Assembly: GCA_000004985.1 (NCBI GenBank)
Contig: GG738850.1
Strand: one strand, 5' to 3'
Source of the DNA: Naegleria gruberi
Lineage: Eukaryota
Length of the DNA: 64,000 nucleotides
Position numbers and translations under genes: made by a program. The notes under the pieces were generated by a model. It was not told where the DNA came from, searched no databases, and saw nothing but the letters and a program-made list of their open reading frames with translations. Below, piece after piece: positions 1-9,806 of this stretch (position 1 is its first letter; the number at the start of each line of letters is the position of its first letter).

Positions 1-272
1 TTATTATTAATTCAAATAACATTATGATGGTATTATTGTGTTGAATGTTTTGATGATGAAATGTTTACATGTTAAAACACATTTCGATCATTGATGATAT
101 TATTTGATGGATAACAACAAAACTATTATGACTTGATGTATCATCCTCTCAATCTTCTAATATTCACATTATTTTGCTATTATTATTATTTACTACAACA
201 ACAACAACATTTCAAAATGTAATAATATTATAACAACAATTCTACTTACATATCAATTAATAGGTATTTGGA

Positions 273-1595
273 ATGACGTTTGCAGGGTGTATACTATTGA
301 TCATTCCATTCGATGCTTGGAATACTAGATATAAAGGAGGAATAGGAAGTGCTTTGGAAATTATTTGGCAAGTTTTGTTTGGCGTTGTCGGATTGTTGGT
401 TTGCCTTGTTATTCCATGGGCACTCATCTATTATGAATCCTATGATGAAGATAAAGCTGGTACACCAAAAGGTTTCCTTCGTCAATGCCTCTGTGGTTTG
501 ATTGGTTCTCTCATCACTTTTGGATTGTGTGCATTGATTATTGGTGTCACTTATATTTGGTTGGGTATTGCCCGAATTGATGTGAAAGAGTATACAGGTT
601 ACTATGTTGCTGATGATAGAATTTCTGCATATTCTCTATTGCCTGATAAACCCAGTCAGTATGGTACTACTTTTGATGTGAGAATGTCATTCCTGGTTTA
701 CCTTATTGCCTTGTTAAGTTTGGCTGGTTGGTTTTGCTTACTAATTTGTGGTGGTTGTGGCCTGACAGCTGTTCCTCTAGAATTGATATTGTGGTTCGTT
801 TATCGTCCAAAGAAGATTTCCAAGTCTGAATTTATTGAACAACAAAAGAAATATGCTGCACGTGCCCACAAATTGATTGAAATTGGTAAGAGATTGGATG
901 ATTTGAGAAAACAACCTGGTAATCGTGCCAAACCAAAATCTATTCGTAGTTACCGTGCCTTTAAGGATGCTGTCTATCAATTGGATGATGATTTCAAGAA
1001 GGTCAAGACTGCCTTTGAAAGAGGAGGTGGTTGGATTGTTTTGTACATTTTCTCATTGGGTTTAGGTATCGTTTTGGCAATTATTACAGTTTTGTGGATT
1101 GTTCACTTGATTGTTTACACACTTCCAACTGTTCCATTGTGGGGAGGTCTTAATCAATTCTACATTTGGTTCGATACTGCTTTCCCACTTTTCGGTATGC
1201 TTTTGTACAGTATTTTCGCATTCTATTTATTGTTCAGTATTTTGGCCGGAAACATTTTGATTGCTGGTAGAATTCCAATTTGTTCAGTTTATCCAATTAG
1301 ATGGAAGGATACTTTTACTAGTAGTTTCCTTTTCAACACTGGATTATTATTGCTAGGTTCTTTAACAGTTGTACAATTCTGTGCCTCAACTTTTGAAGCT
1401 TACGTCCAAAATTCAGTTATTGACTCAATGATGAATACCTATGTCAAACACATTCTTGGTCTTGGATATGTATTCCAATATTTGGATAAGATCTTCTTTG
1501 GTTTTATTTTCCTTGGTTTCTTCTTGGCTATTTGTAACATTGCTATCAAACAAAGAAAGTCAGAAAAGGAAATTGAAGCCATCCTTAACAGCTAA
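273..1595 (+). CDS. LMBRD1: LMBR1-domain multi-pass membrane protein (LMBRD1-like); 5' exon(s) probably missing or upstream
   Basis: A 440-aa ORF with about 9 predicted TM helices. The N-terminal 'ILLIIPFDAWN...IPWALIYYESYDEDK' matches the LMBRD1 'LLPVDIFL...IPFVYFYYEEKDDDD' region. An in-frame stop lies at 261-263 and an AG at 262-263, so an upstream exon encoding TM1 is likely. Human LMBRD1 has about 50 aa before this point. Confidence 0.6.
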   Translation: MTFAGCILLIIPFDAWNTRYKGGIGSALEIIWQVLFGVVGLLVCLVIPWALIYYESYDEDKAGTPKGFLRQCLCGLIGSLITFGLCALIIGVTYIWLGIARIDVKEYTGYYVADDRISAYSLLPDKPSQYGTTFDVRMSFLVYLIALLSLAGWFCLLICGGCGLTAVPLELILWFVYRPKKISKSEFIEQQKKYAARAHKLIEIGKRLDDLRKQPGNRAKPKSIRSYRAFKDAVYQLDDDFKKVKTAFERGGGWIVLYIFSLGLGIVLAIITVLWIVHLIVYTLPTVPLWGGLNQFYIWFDTAFPLFGMLLYSIFAFYLLFSILAGNILIAGRIPICSVYPIRWKDTFTSSFLFNTGLLLLGSLTVVQFCASTFEAYVQNSVIDSMMNTYVKHILGLGYVFQYLDKIFFGFIFLGFFLAICNIAIKQRKSEKEIEAILNS

Positions 1596-1667
1596 GCTTT
1601 GTAATAAAATAAAAGATTTTCTAAGGTCGCCTATTCATATTCATCCAGAATGATTGCAGTCATAAAA

Positions 1668-1785
1668 GACTACAGCACCACAGGTTCCCAAGTTGTCTCC
1701 AACCTCAGTACTGATGTGGCTCGACGATGCTTAACTTCTCAAATCGGACGGGATGAGGTGCATTCATCGTGATATGGCCGTAGCC
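1668..1785 (-). rRNA. 5S ribosomal RNA
   Basis: Reverse complement reads ggctacggccatatcacgatgaatgcacctcatcccgtccgatttgagaagttaagcatcgtcgagccacatcagtactgaggttggagacaacttgggaacctgtggtgctgtagtc followed by TTTT. The 5'/3' ends pair as 5S helix I, and the sequence aligns with yeast/human 5S internal motifs (CCGTCCGAT, AAGTTAAGC, GGGAA, TGCTGTAG). It differs from the copy at 52669 by 1 nt. Confidence 0.85.
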
Positions 1786-2325
1786 ATTCATAACCCTAAA
1801 ACAATGAATGTAAAGAATATTGAAAATCTTAAACTCCATATTTAAGAAATTACAAATCTTCTTCTCGATATTTTGTGGAGGTTTGTACCACTTACAGAAC
1901 CTCCAAATGGTCCAATGGTGGGATAAATTGGATCAAATCTATTTAAAATTAGATCCTTTGTCAACAGAGCTGTTTTTCTATACATTGGCTTGTTTTAGTT
2001 CAATAAATAATGATATTTTATATGGCACAACAGGTCTAAAACAATATGAGCAAAAAGGCATGGGTGGAGTTACGCCACCAACACTTCAGAGAAATGAGCT
2101 GATCGTGATGTTAGAATTACACTACATGCCTCAAATTCAGTACTAGTTTGCAATCTCTCTTACCTTCAGATGGTTGAAAACATTCATTTCATTATGGTAT
2201 TATTCTTTCTTTAAAACCAACTCTGAAATGGAAGTTTCATGCTTCTATTAATAAATTAATGGGTTTGCTTGCCCAACAGACATTATACTAAGGAGAATTA
2301 AGGGCCCATACCCATCTTGATGTAA

Positions 2326-2396
2326 TCGGGTGTGGTATAGTGGTAGCATTCCAGACTGTCACTCTGGCGACCCGGGTTCAATTCCCGGCACTCGAG
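2326..2396 (+). tRNA. tRNA-Asp (anticodon GTC)
   Basis: A 71-nt cloverleaf: acceptor tcgggtg/cactcga (one G-U), D-arm gtat-agtggta-gcat, anticodon stem ccaga/tctgg with loop cTGTCac, and T-arm ccggg-ttcaatt-cccgg. It closely resembles metazoan and fungal tRNA-Asp. Confidence 0.85.
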
Positions 2397-2703
2397 AATA
2401 GTTTTTTGCTTTATCTCCAGGATTTGAGTTTTAATTTTTTCATAGTAGCAGGTATGATATGTAGTCGAGCTAATTACCATTTTTCAAAGTTTCATCTCTT
2501 AAAACCACCGAGAAAATAATCAAAGATTATATACTTTCATTTTTTTTAAAAATATTCCAAGTTCTTTTCAGCTGCCTGCAGTTCCATGCCTTAATTTCAT
2601 TTACATTAAACTTGTTAATTAAATATTATATATTTATTAATATTTAATTAACACAATATATTTACAACGGATTTCAATGAAACTAGCAAACTACCTATTT
2701 CAA

Positions 2704-2750
2704 AAAACACGTGTTTTTTACAATATTCTTAATCACGCAACACGTGTTTG
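2704..2750. promoter_or_regulatory. paired palindromic CACGTG (ACGTG-core) motifs about 80-120 bp upstream of the ER Hsp70-like gene
   Basis: aaaacacgtgtttttta at about 2704-2719 and aacacgtgttt at about 2739-2749 share the 11-mer aacacgtgttt. CACGTG is an E-box/G-box bound by bHLH/bZIP factors, and an ACGTG core occurs in the yeast UPRE-2. Confidence 0.25.
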
Positions 2751-2825
2751 AAAATCATCTTGCAATATTATAAACCATTTTAAAGAAGTAGTTACAAAAT
2801 TGTTAAATAAATATTACTAAAAAAA

Positions 2826-4478
2826 ATGATGAAACAAGTAATTGGAAGGAAAGCAACATTGTTGGTGTTGATTTTGGCTTTATGCACAATATTTGTTATG
2901 GGAAAGGAATCGAATAATGATCCAATTATTGGACTTTCTATCGGAAATACACACTGGAGAGCTGTCATTATTAGAAATGGTAATGTTGAATGGATTAGAG
3001 ATGGAGAAGGGCAGATTGAACACAAATCTTTTGAGAATATTAACAAAATAATAGGAAAAAATTACAAATCCATTCAATTTAAAGATCCATACTTGTTGGA
3101 ATCGAATAAGATTTTTGAAAGAAATGGAAAGGTTTATTGTAAATTTGATGTAGATGGAGTTGTGAAGGAAATGACACCAGAAGATATTTATTCAAACATT
3201 CTGCTTGATGTAAAGCAAGCAACTTTAGAATATTTAAATGAGAATATTACAAGAATCTACATTTCAGTTCCTGTTTATTTTGGTCCTGATCAAAGAAATG
3301 TTATTCGAAATGCTGCTTCAGAGCAAGGTTTAAAAATTGAAAGATTTCTTCTAGATCCAGTCAACACGGCAACATTCAATACCAAGGAATACGAATCAAA
3401 TAATTCAGCTAACATTCTAGTTGTGGACATGGGAAGAAAATCATTGGATGCAACTGTACTGAGTAGAAATAATAGCGTGTTTGAAGTTTACCAAGCTGAA
3501 TCGAATGGCCAATTGGGATCTGAAAAGTTTCATATGAAATTGAGAGATTTATTTGTTTCGAAATTTAAGAAACAACATGAATCATTAAGAGATGTGAATT
3601 TATTGGAAAATCAACAGGTGAATGACTTGTTAATGAGTCATGCTGAGATAGCAATGATAGCCCTCTCGAATGATTGTAAATATCATATTGTAATACCATC
3701 TCTCTATGAAGGAAAGGATTTCACATACACTCTAACTCGTGATTACTTTGAAAAACATTGTAAAGACCTTCTTGATGAAATTTCCAAGTTGATTTACAGC
3801 ATTATTACAGAGACAGTTTTTTACTTTGAGACTGTTGATTCGGTCATTCTCTCAGGTGACTCAACCAATAACCCGTTAATAAGGAAGTCAATTACTAATC
3901 GTTTTCCATTTTCCAAAGTTGTACATGGGCAAAATCCAGAGGTTGGTGCTGCTATTCAAGCTTACATGAGAAATCATCCTGAATCAAGTGTTCCGACTTT
4001 ATTTCTTGCGCCATTTTCCATTGGAATTGAAAATTCAGATCATCAATTGGTGAAGATTATTCAAAGGGGTGACTTGTTACCAACTGTGAAACGAGTAATC
4101 TTTTCAAATTTGGATGATTTTAGTGAATCTGCTCATTTGAAGATTTTCATTGGTGAATCTGTGGTTAATATTGGACCAAGGAATGTTCATATCGGTGATT
4201 TGATTCTGAAAGGAATTGAATTGACTGAGAGCGGGAATGCACAAATTCAAATTTCCTTTCAAATTGATGGAGAGTATAATCTCACAGTTACAGCTCTCGA
4301 TTTGAAAACCAACGCCAAGAGTGAAACTGTGATTTCTCTTCACAGTTTTGCCAATAATCTTGAACTAATTGATGAATTATTAGAGGATGGAATTCAAGAA
4401 GTCACAGATAATGTTAAAACTGAAAAGCTTATTTCCAGTTTCATCGTGGATCCAATTAAAAATCATGACGAATTTTAA
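2826..4478 (+). CDS. Hsp70-family (actin-like ATPase) protein with N-terminal signal peptide; divergent, no canonical substrate-binding domain (STCH/HSPA13-like)
   Basis: A 550-aa single ORF. 'IIGLSIGNTHWRAVIIRNG' aligns to the Hsp70 phosphate-1 motif, 'ILVVDMGRKSLDATVLS' to the connect-1/DLGGGTFD motif, and 'VILSGDSTNNPLIRKSI...NPEVGAAIQA' to the adenosine motif. A hydrophobic N-terminus 'ATLLVLILALCTIFVMG' is present. Confidence 0.7.
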   Translation: MMKQVIGRKATLLVLILALCTIFVMGKESNNDPIIGLSIGNTHWRAVIIRNGNVEWIRDGEGQIEHKSFENINKIIGKNYKSIQFKDPYLLESNKIFERNGKVYCKFDVDGVVKEMTPEDIYSNILLDVKQATLEYLNENITRIYISVPVYFGPDQRNVIRNAASEQGLKIERFLLDPVNTATFNTKEYESNNSANILVVDMGRKSLDATVLSRNNSVFEVYQAESNGQLGSEKFHMKLRDLFVSKFKKQHESLRDVNLLENQQVNDLLMSHAEIAMIALSNDCKYHIVIPSLYEGKDFTYTLTRDYFEKHCKDLLDEISKLIYSIITETVFYFETVDSVILSGDSTNNPLIRKSITNRFPFSKVVHGQNPEVGAAIQAYMRNHPESSVPTLFLAPFSIGIENSDHQLVKIIQRGDLLPTVKRVIFSNLDDFSESAHLKIFIGESVVNIGPRNVHIGDLILKGIELTESGNAQIQISFQIDGEYNLTVTALDLKTNAKSETVISLHSFANNLELIDELLEDGIQEVTDNVKTEKLISSFIVDPIKNHDEF

Positions 4479-4508
4479 TAAGGTAATAAATACTATAAAT
4501 CAATTTAT

Positions 4509-4946
4509 TATTGTGGTTTTCGAGAATCCTCGGACCGAGAAAAATTGCAATTTATTGATATTGCAAGGAGCAAAATTCGAAAAACGCATTTTTTACCAAT
4601 AAATTGCGATGAACAAAATCGCAACAAACCTCAATTATTGGTGTATGTTTTCATTCAAGGTTTTCAATTTTTCAGCCTAGTTTCCAATAACTTTTGCATA
4701 ATTTTCTTCCCATTGTTGAAAGGTGAGTAAGGACTTGATGTACACAATGAATACCACCTCCTTTTAGCAAACTCGTAATATCATCTTTAATGTAAAAACA
4801 ACCAACATTGTGCATCGTGATTTATCAAAAATGCACAATCTCAATTTTATTGGCAAAAATGTGAAATGAAAAAAATTCACAATTTCGCGATTTTATCTAA
4901 TATCAAAAACGCAAACACGGTCCGAGGATTCTCGAAAACCACAATA
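4509..4946. mobile_element. MITE-like non-autonomous DNA transposon (Tc1/mariner/Stowaway-like)
   Basis: Perfect 27-29-bp terminal inverted repeats: ttgtggttttcgagaatcctcggaccg at 4511-4537 and its exact reverse complement cggtccgaggattctcgaaaaccacaa at 4918-4944. Each is flanked by TA (4509-4510 and 4945-4946), consistent with a TA target-site duplication. The roughly 440-bp AT-rich interior has sub-terminal inverted repeats and no ORF. Confidence 0.7.
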
Positions 4947-5192
4947 TTTTATAGAAATTTATCTGAAATATGGTACAATGTCTTTGCTCGCTTTGCTATA
5001 ATGTTAAATTGATCAAAGATCAAATAACAAGTAGTTGGATATTTCAACCATTCTTCGTTTTGAATGAGTATCAATTCCACACTTCTATGGTTACAATTTC
5101 TTGGATTCAGACTCAAAATCTAGGATTTGAATCCAACTAGCAATATTTGCATTCTTTCCACCAAACAACTTGGTTAATTCATCAACAACAAG

Positions 5193-5921
5193 TTATTTAC
5201 AACTAGTGTAAACTGGACAAATTGGTGGCAATCTAAACATGGTCGAGTCTACAATCGTGCTTGGAATGTAAACGTTCTGTGAAAGATTCACTTGTGGCAG
5301 AGTGAGTTCAATACTCAAAGGAAAACAATACTGCTCTGGTTGAGTTGGTTTTGTCGTCCATTGTGAATAGGTTTTGGTAAAGATATGAGTTGCTTCAAAT
5401 TCTCCATGCTTCTTTCCAAATGAATTCTTACTATCCAACGGATAGCAAACCAAATCCCAATCAATTTTCTCCTTCAAAATCCTACAAGAGCAATGTCCTC
5501 TCATTACATGATATTCATAATCATTGGAACCTAATCTAAAATAATAACGACTCGCATTGATTGGTTCACCATTCGGATTGATACTCACAGAATCGATACG
5601 TTTTCTCATGGTTTCTCTATCGATCCATGTCTGGCTATTGGTTGTTGAGATGTGTTGGTGATGGTCATGTGTGGAATTCTTTCGTGTGAGACTACTTGTC
5701 ATTATCATGGAATATCTTGGTGGTAAACAACATTTAGAGTCCCCAGAAGGTAAACTCTGCTTCCATGCCTGATGTATTGTCCTTCTCAGTGACTCATCTC
5801 TAATGAGTGAAAAATCTACGCATTCAACTTGATTCTCACCTCCACATATGAATATTGTTGTGAACAAGACAATTATCAGTATAATATTCCTCATCTTTAT
5901 ATCTTCAATATTGCTCCTCAT
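5193..5921 (-). CDS. secreted cysteine-containing protein of unknown function
   Basis: A 242-aa ORF. The second Met opens a signal peptide 'MRNIILIIVLFTTIFICG'. There are 9 Cys and a His-rich stretch. No domain recognised. Confidence 0.45.
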   Translation of the reverse strand: MRSNIEDIKMRNIILIIVLFTTIFICGGENQVECVDFSLIRDESLRRTIHQAWKQSLPSGDSKCCLPPRYSMIMTSSLTRKNSTHDHHQHISTTNSQTWIDRETMRKRIDSVSINPNGEPINASRYYFRLGSNDYEYHVMRGHCSCRILKEKIDWDLVCYPLDSKNSFGKKHGEFEATHIFTKTYSQWTTKPTQPEQYCFPLSIELTLPQVNLSQNVYIPSTIVDSTMFRLPPICPVYTSCK

Positions 5922-6308
5922 CCTTCAAATAACTTGATGAGAGAAGTGATGTGGTGTGGTTCTTTTTTTTTCTCTGTGGAATAATAGAAGGTAGCTTGAA
6001 TCATATCTCTGCCTCTAATTACAGTAACCTTAAAAGTAAAGTAAATTCTCTATTAAGGTAGGTTATGAGTACGAATGGGCTATTCTAAGGAACCAAAATA
6101 CAATGATGAATCACTTGTAGTGAGTCCTAAAACTCACGTACAGAACATCACATCTCTATTACTGTTTATCATATTTATGACTTGTACAAGATGTATCCAC
6201 ACAAATATGAAGATGACGAGACTTTTAAGGTTGAATGGATCCTTTTAATTGGAATTTTAATATTTCCTGTGGTGATATTATTTTCCTTAATTGTACGTAG
6301 TATAGACT

Positions 6309-6767
6309 TTATTGCTTTGGAGATTCGAGATGTTCAATAAGTGATTGAATTCCGCCACGATAGGCCGAGTGCACAATCTGAGTCAAATCCTCACTTCTCT
6401 CTGCAGGACAATTGAATCGAACACTCCACTCAAAGAAAGTTTGATTGGTGAGTGTAATTTCACTGACCTTGATGGTTGCTGTGTAGTTTTGCAGCTCAGC
6501 AAAGGCCCCACCAGCTTGCAATAGTTTGTAAGTAAAAGTGTGATTGATTTGATCAAGGGCTATTAATTCCTCCCTTGCTGGTGTTGAAACTCCTCGAATT
6601 TTGAGACAGCGAATGGAGCCAATGGTTTGTGGATTTACAGAATTCTCAATAGTGCTCTCTTCAACAACAGCTGACCATTTTGGGGAGCCATCGAATTGAC
6701 TAACGAGTGGCCACACAGTTGAGATGGAGGCTGGTAAGACACCTGATTCGTAGACTTGATAAGACAT
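6309..6767 (-). CDS. SRPBCC (Bet v1/START-like, polyketide-cyclase-like) small protein
   Basis: A 152-aa ORF with an ATG start. Length and pattern fit the Polyketide_cyc2/SRPBCC fold. Assigned by family resemblance only. Confidence 0.5.
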   Translation of the reverse strand: MSYQVYESGVLPASISTVWPLVSQFDGSPKWSAVVEESTIENSVNPQTIGSIRCLKIRGVSTPAREELIALDQINHTFTYKLLQAGGAFAELQNYTATIKVSEITLTNQTFFEWSVRFNCPAERSEDLTQIVHSAYRGGIQSLIEHLESPKQ

Positions 6768-6961
6768 TTTTTTCCAATTTACTTGAAAATGTTAACACTT
6801 CTTTGTGGACATTTAATTGGACTTTAATTATTAAGCGCGGGCTATTTATTTTGAAACTCCCAAGATATTTTCCCACAACTTGCACATGTGGAAAAGAATC
6901 ATTAACATTGAAATTGCAACAGTCTTTATGATTCCAATCTGATAAAACTTTATTCCACATA

Positions 6962-9298
6962 TTAATTCTTTCTTCTCTTGTAAATTAATTCACTTCTCAT
7001 CAAATATTTAGTGCCACTCTTGAGAACTGAGCCATAGTGAAGAATATTGTGTGGGAAAATGATGCACAGACCTGGTTCTGGCTCAACGTGTCCCTTGATT
7101 TCAAATGGTGGTGCAGGTGGGAAGGTATGTGATTTGATAAATGTGGTTCTTCCCTCTTCATAATCACCATTGAGATAGAACATGAATGTGTAAAAACTAC
7201 GAGTATCACCATCGAGCTCAATACAACCATCATAGTGAGGAGCAAGGAAGTGTTGACCTGGTGTGTATTTGCAGAATCGCCATCTAGAATTGAGGAATGC
7301 CAAGTCCCAGGTATCTCCTGATTCTGGATCGACGTAAACTTGAGGAGCCATTGATTTTACTCTTTCGAATAGAATTTGTGCAGAAATCTTGTCTTCAACA
7401 ATGACTCTCTTATTAGATCTGTATTCCTTAGCATAACCATACAAATCCTCATAGCTTAATTTTTCTGTTTGCTCGATCAAGTGTTGACATTCTTCCTCAC
7501 TCAATAAATTATGAATCAGGTAACTGGTATTCTTGGTGAATTTGGTGCCAATTAATTTATCATCAAATATTCCCTCCAAGAATGTTACACATTGAATTGG
7601 TTTTCTCTCAGTGCATGGTTTGGCATGGTCAATGCTGAAATCTTTGAATATTTTCAGGTAGGCATGATTGGTGTGATCGTATTGCAAATCATCCGTTCCA
7701 AGTTCAAAATCTGAAGGATACTCCCATTCATATCTTGGACTAAATTTGACAAAAAAGATGGCAGAATCTGAGAGACCCAGCAAAAGAATTGACTGATCTG
7801 GAATCAACAACATGGAATTACATTGAGATCCACTACAATCCAACTCGACTGTTTCAGTTAAACTCAAAGAAGAACCACTCTTTCCAATGTAGAACAATCT
7901 CACTGTACAATCTCTGCATGAACAAATAAGCTTCTCTGGAGTGAGAACAATATTGGTGCATGAGCTTGGCAAGGATTCATTGTGTTGTAAAGAATGAATG
8001 CTCGATAATTTTCCATCCTCAAATCGTAATTTACAGGATATCACCTGTAATGTCTTGTCTTGGTAGGAAATGGAGATTATAAACTCTTCATCAGATCGTT
8101 GTGTTACCTCACAAGTTATCTTGACCCTTCCAGAATTGGATTGTTCCGCTATTAAATATTGTTTCCATGATTTGATATCTTCCATTGAATCTTCTTTACA
8201 ATAGCTCATTACCACTGAACCATTCATATCCACACTCAAGAGACATACCATTTCACCAAAATTCAAAACTCTCAAAGAATTATTAATTGGAGAAGTGTGC
8301 AAAGTTGACACTTTTCCTATCACTTCTCCATTCTCAATGTTGGAGATGCAAACAAATGAATCTAATCCACTCGTTGCTACCAACTTGCTACTCGATGTCA
8401 ATTTGACAATTTTTGCTATATTATAATTATGGAACTCGCTAATCGACTCTATTTGATGAATTCTTTCATACTTTTCATCAACCAATTTCCAAACATTCAA
8501 ATTATTGGAAGTTGAATTCACAACCCATTCAACATTGAAATGTTCAAAATCAGAAACCTTTGATTCAATACCAGATTTAGATTCATTCAATCCACTATGA
8601 ATGAAATATTTCACAACACCATCTGACGGATCAAAAACAATCAACGATGAATGAGACCCATCACTCTCATTACCACTCGAACATGACAAACACAAGTGTC
8701 TCTTTTCACATTGATCATTATGAGGAGAGATGGACATGACAACATCAGATTCTCCCACCACTTGCTGAGGTTCATAATCAAAAATCTTTAAAATCTTTCC
8801 CTCATCTCCACTATGAAAATCAATGGATTTCATTTGGAGAGTAGATCTCAAATCCCATTGACACAAACAAGCTTTCATATCACCAGAAAACAATGTTGGG
8901 ATGTTAATTGTTGTCTGCTTCTTCAATTTGGAGAAGCACATTGCTTGAACTGCTGACAAGTGTCCTTCCAGACATGTCAAATGATGTAAACCCTTCTTAT
9001 ATCTCTGCATTATTTGTAATTGTTGAATGAACAATCTCTTATAGCCCTTTTCATTGATAATCAAGTGAGAAGATTGCTTCAAAACTTGAGAATACTCCCT
9101 CTGACACAACTCCTTCCAAACCATCTCATCATTTCCCATGAATTTAGAGTAAATCTTCGGAGAGAGTAGGAAGAGAGAATTGATCCACTCCGTGGGCTCT
9201 ATCATGAGCATTAGCTCGGAGAGAATGGATGGTTCTTGTACCAATAGAGAAATCAAGTTCATAGTTGTTAGTTGAATTTGTGTTTTAAAATCTCTCAA
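6962..9298 (-). CDS. F-box-like / beta-propeller / C-terminal 2OG-Fe(II) oxygenase (prolyl-4-hydroxylase-like) fusion protein
   Basis: The ORF begins on TTG, and the first ATG is at 9262 ('MNLISLLVQEPSILSELMLMIEPTEWINSLFLLSPKIYSKFMGNDEMVW', F-box-like). The central roughly 450 aa are beta-strand-rich propeller-like repeats. The C-terminus carries the 2OG-oxygenase triad 'HYDG' (HxD), a distal 'ILHYG' His and 'KYLMRSEL' (RxS). Confidence 0.6.
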   Translation of the reverse strand: MRDFKTQIQLTTMNLISLLVQEPSILSELMLMIEPTEWINSLFLLSPKIYSKFMGNDEMVWKELCQREYSQVLKQSSHLIINEKGYKRLFIQQLQIMQRYKKGLHHLTCLEGHLSAVQAMCFSKLKKQTTINIPTLFSGDMKACLCQWDLRSTLQMKSIDFHSGDEGKILKIFDYEPQQVVGESDVVMSISPHNDQCEKRHLCLSCSSGNESDGSHSSLIVFDPSDGVVKYFIHSGLNESKSGIESKVSDFEHFNVEWVVNSTSNNLNVWKLVDEKYERIHQIESISEFHNYNIAKIVKLTSSSKLVATSGLDSFVCISNIENGEVIGKVSTLHTSPINNSLRVLNFGEMVCLLSVDMNGSVVMSYCKEDSMEDIKSWKQYLIAEQSNSGRVKITCEVTQRSDEEFIISISYQDKTLQVISCKLRFEDGKLSSIHSLQHNESLPSSCTNIVLTPEKLICSCRDCTVRLFYIGKSGSSLSLTETVELDCSGSQCNSMLLIPDQSILLLGLSDSAIFFVKFSPRYEWEYPSDFELGTDDLQYDHTNHAYLKIFKDFSIDHAKPCTERKPIQCVTFLEGIFDDKLIGTKFTKNTSYLIHNLLSEEECQHLIEQTEKLSYEDLYGYAKEYRSNKRVIVEDKISAQILFERVKSMAPQVYVDPESGDTWDLAFLNSRWRFCKYTPGQHFLAPHYDGCIELDGDTRSFYTFMFYLNGDYEEGRTTFIKSHTFPPAPPFEIKGHVEPEPGLCIIFPHNILHYGSVLKSGTKYLMRSELIYKRRKN

Positions 9299-9600
9299 TG
9301 AAAACAGTGATGGTTTAACAGTTGCAATTTTTTTGATTTTGGAAATAATAAAGAAAGTGTATTATTGGAAATTTAACTTGAAGGTGCTATTCTGAATTTG
9401 AAGTTGAATCAGGTTCATTTTCACAAGTGAATATGTTCAATTTGATTTCCCGCCAAAAACAATGACAAAGAAGCAGATTTTTGGGAAAATGGTGCAAGAC
9501 ATCAGGTAGAGCTTGTTCTGAAAAATTCTTTGGATTTAATGTTGTTTTGAAATTAAGGAGCCAATTTTTTACCACTGTGTTGACATACAACTTTATGTTT

Positions 9601-9634
9601 ATGAGGTGCTTGAATCGTGATATGGCTGTACCCA
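9601..9634 (-). pseudogene. truncated 5S rRNA-like fragment (5' ~33 nt only)
   Basis: The reverse complement gtgggtacagccatatcacgattcaagcacctcat matches 5S positions 1-35 (ggctacggccatatcacgatgaatgcacctcat) at about 85% identity. There is no similarity beyond the fragment and no terminator. Confidence 0.4.
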
Positions 9635-9806
9635 CTAATTTTCTTGATTTATGGAATATTAATCATACCATGAATTTAGGTTCTTAGATTTGAATAAAAT
9701 TGAAATGCAATATTAACAAGGATTTAAGCTATTCATACTGAAATCAAAGAAATGGTACAGTTTGACAGATGATTTTGTGCTCAATCAAAATTGTTTACAA
9801 AAAAAA

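Noticed and set aside
1820-2146. 108-aa ORF between the 5S gene and tRNA-Asp
   Set aside because: No start context, no recognisable motif, low complexity, and it sits in a Pol III gene spacer. It is most likely noise.
9387-9687. ORFs 9387-9635 (-) and 9481-9687 (+) around the 5S fragment
   Set aside because: They are short, overlap each other on opposite strands across a 5S-derived relic, and have no coding signal.
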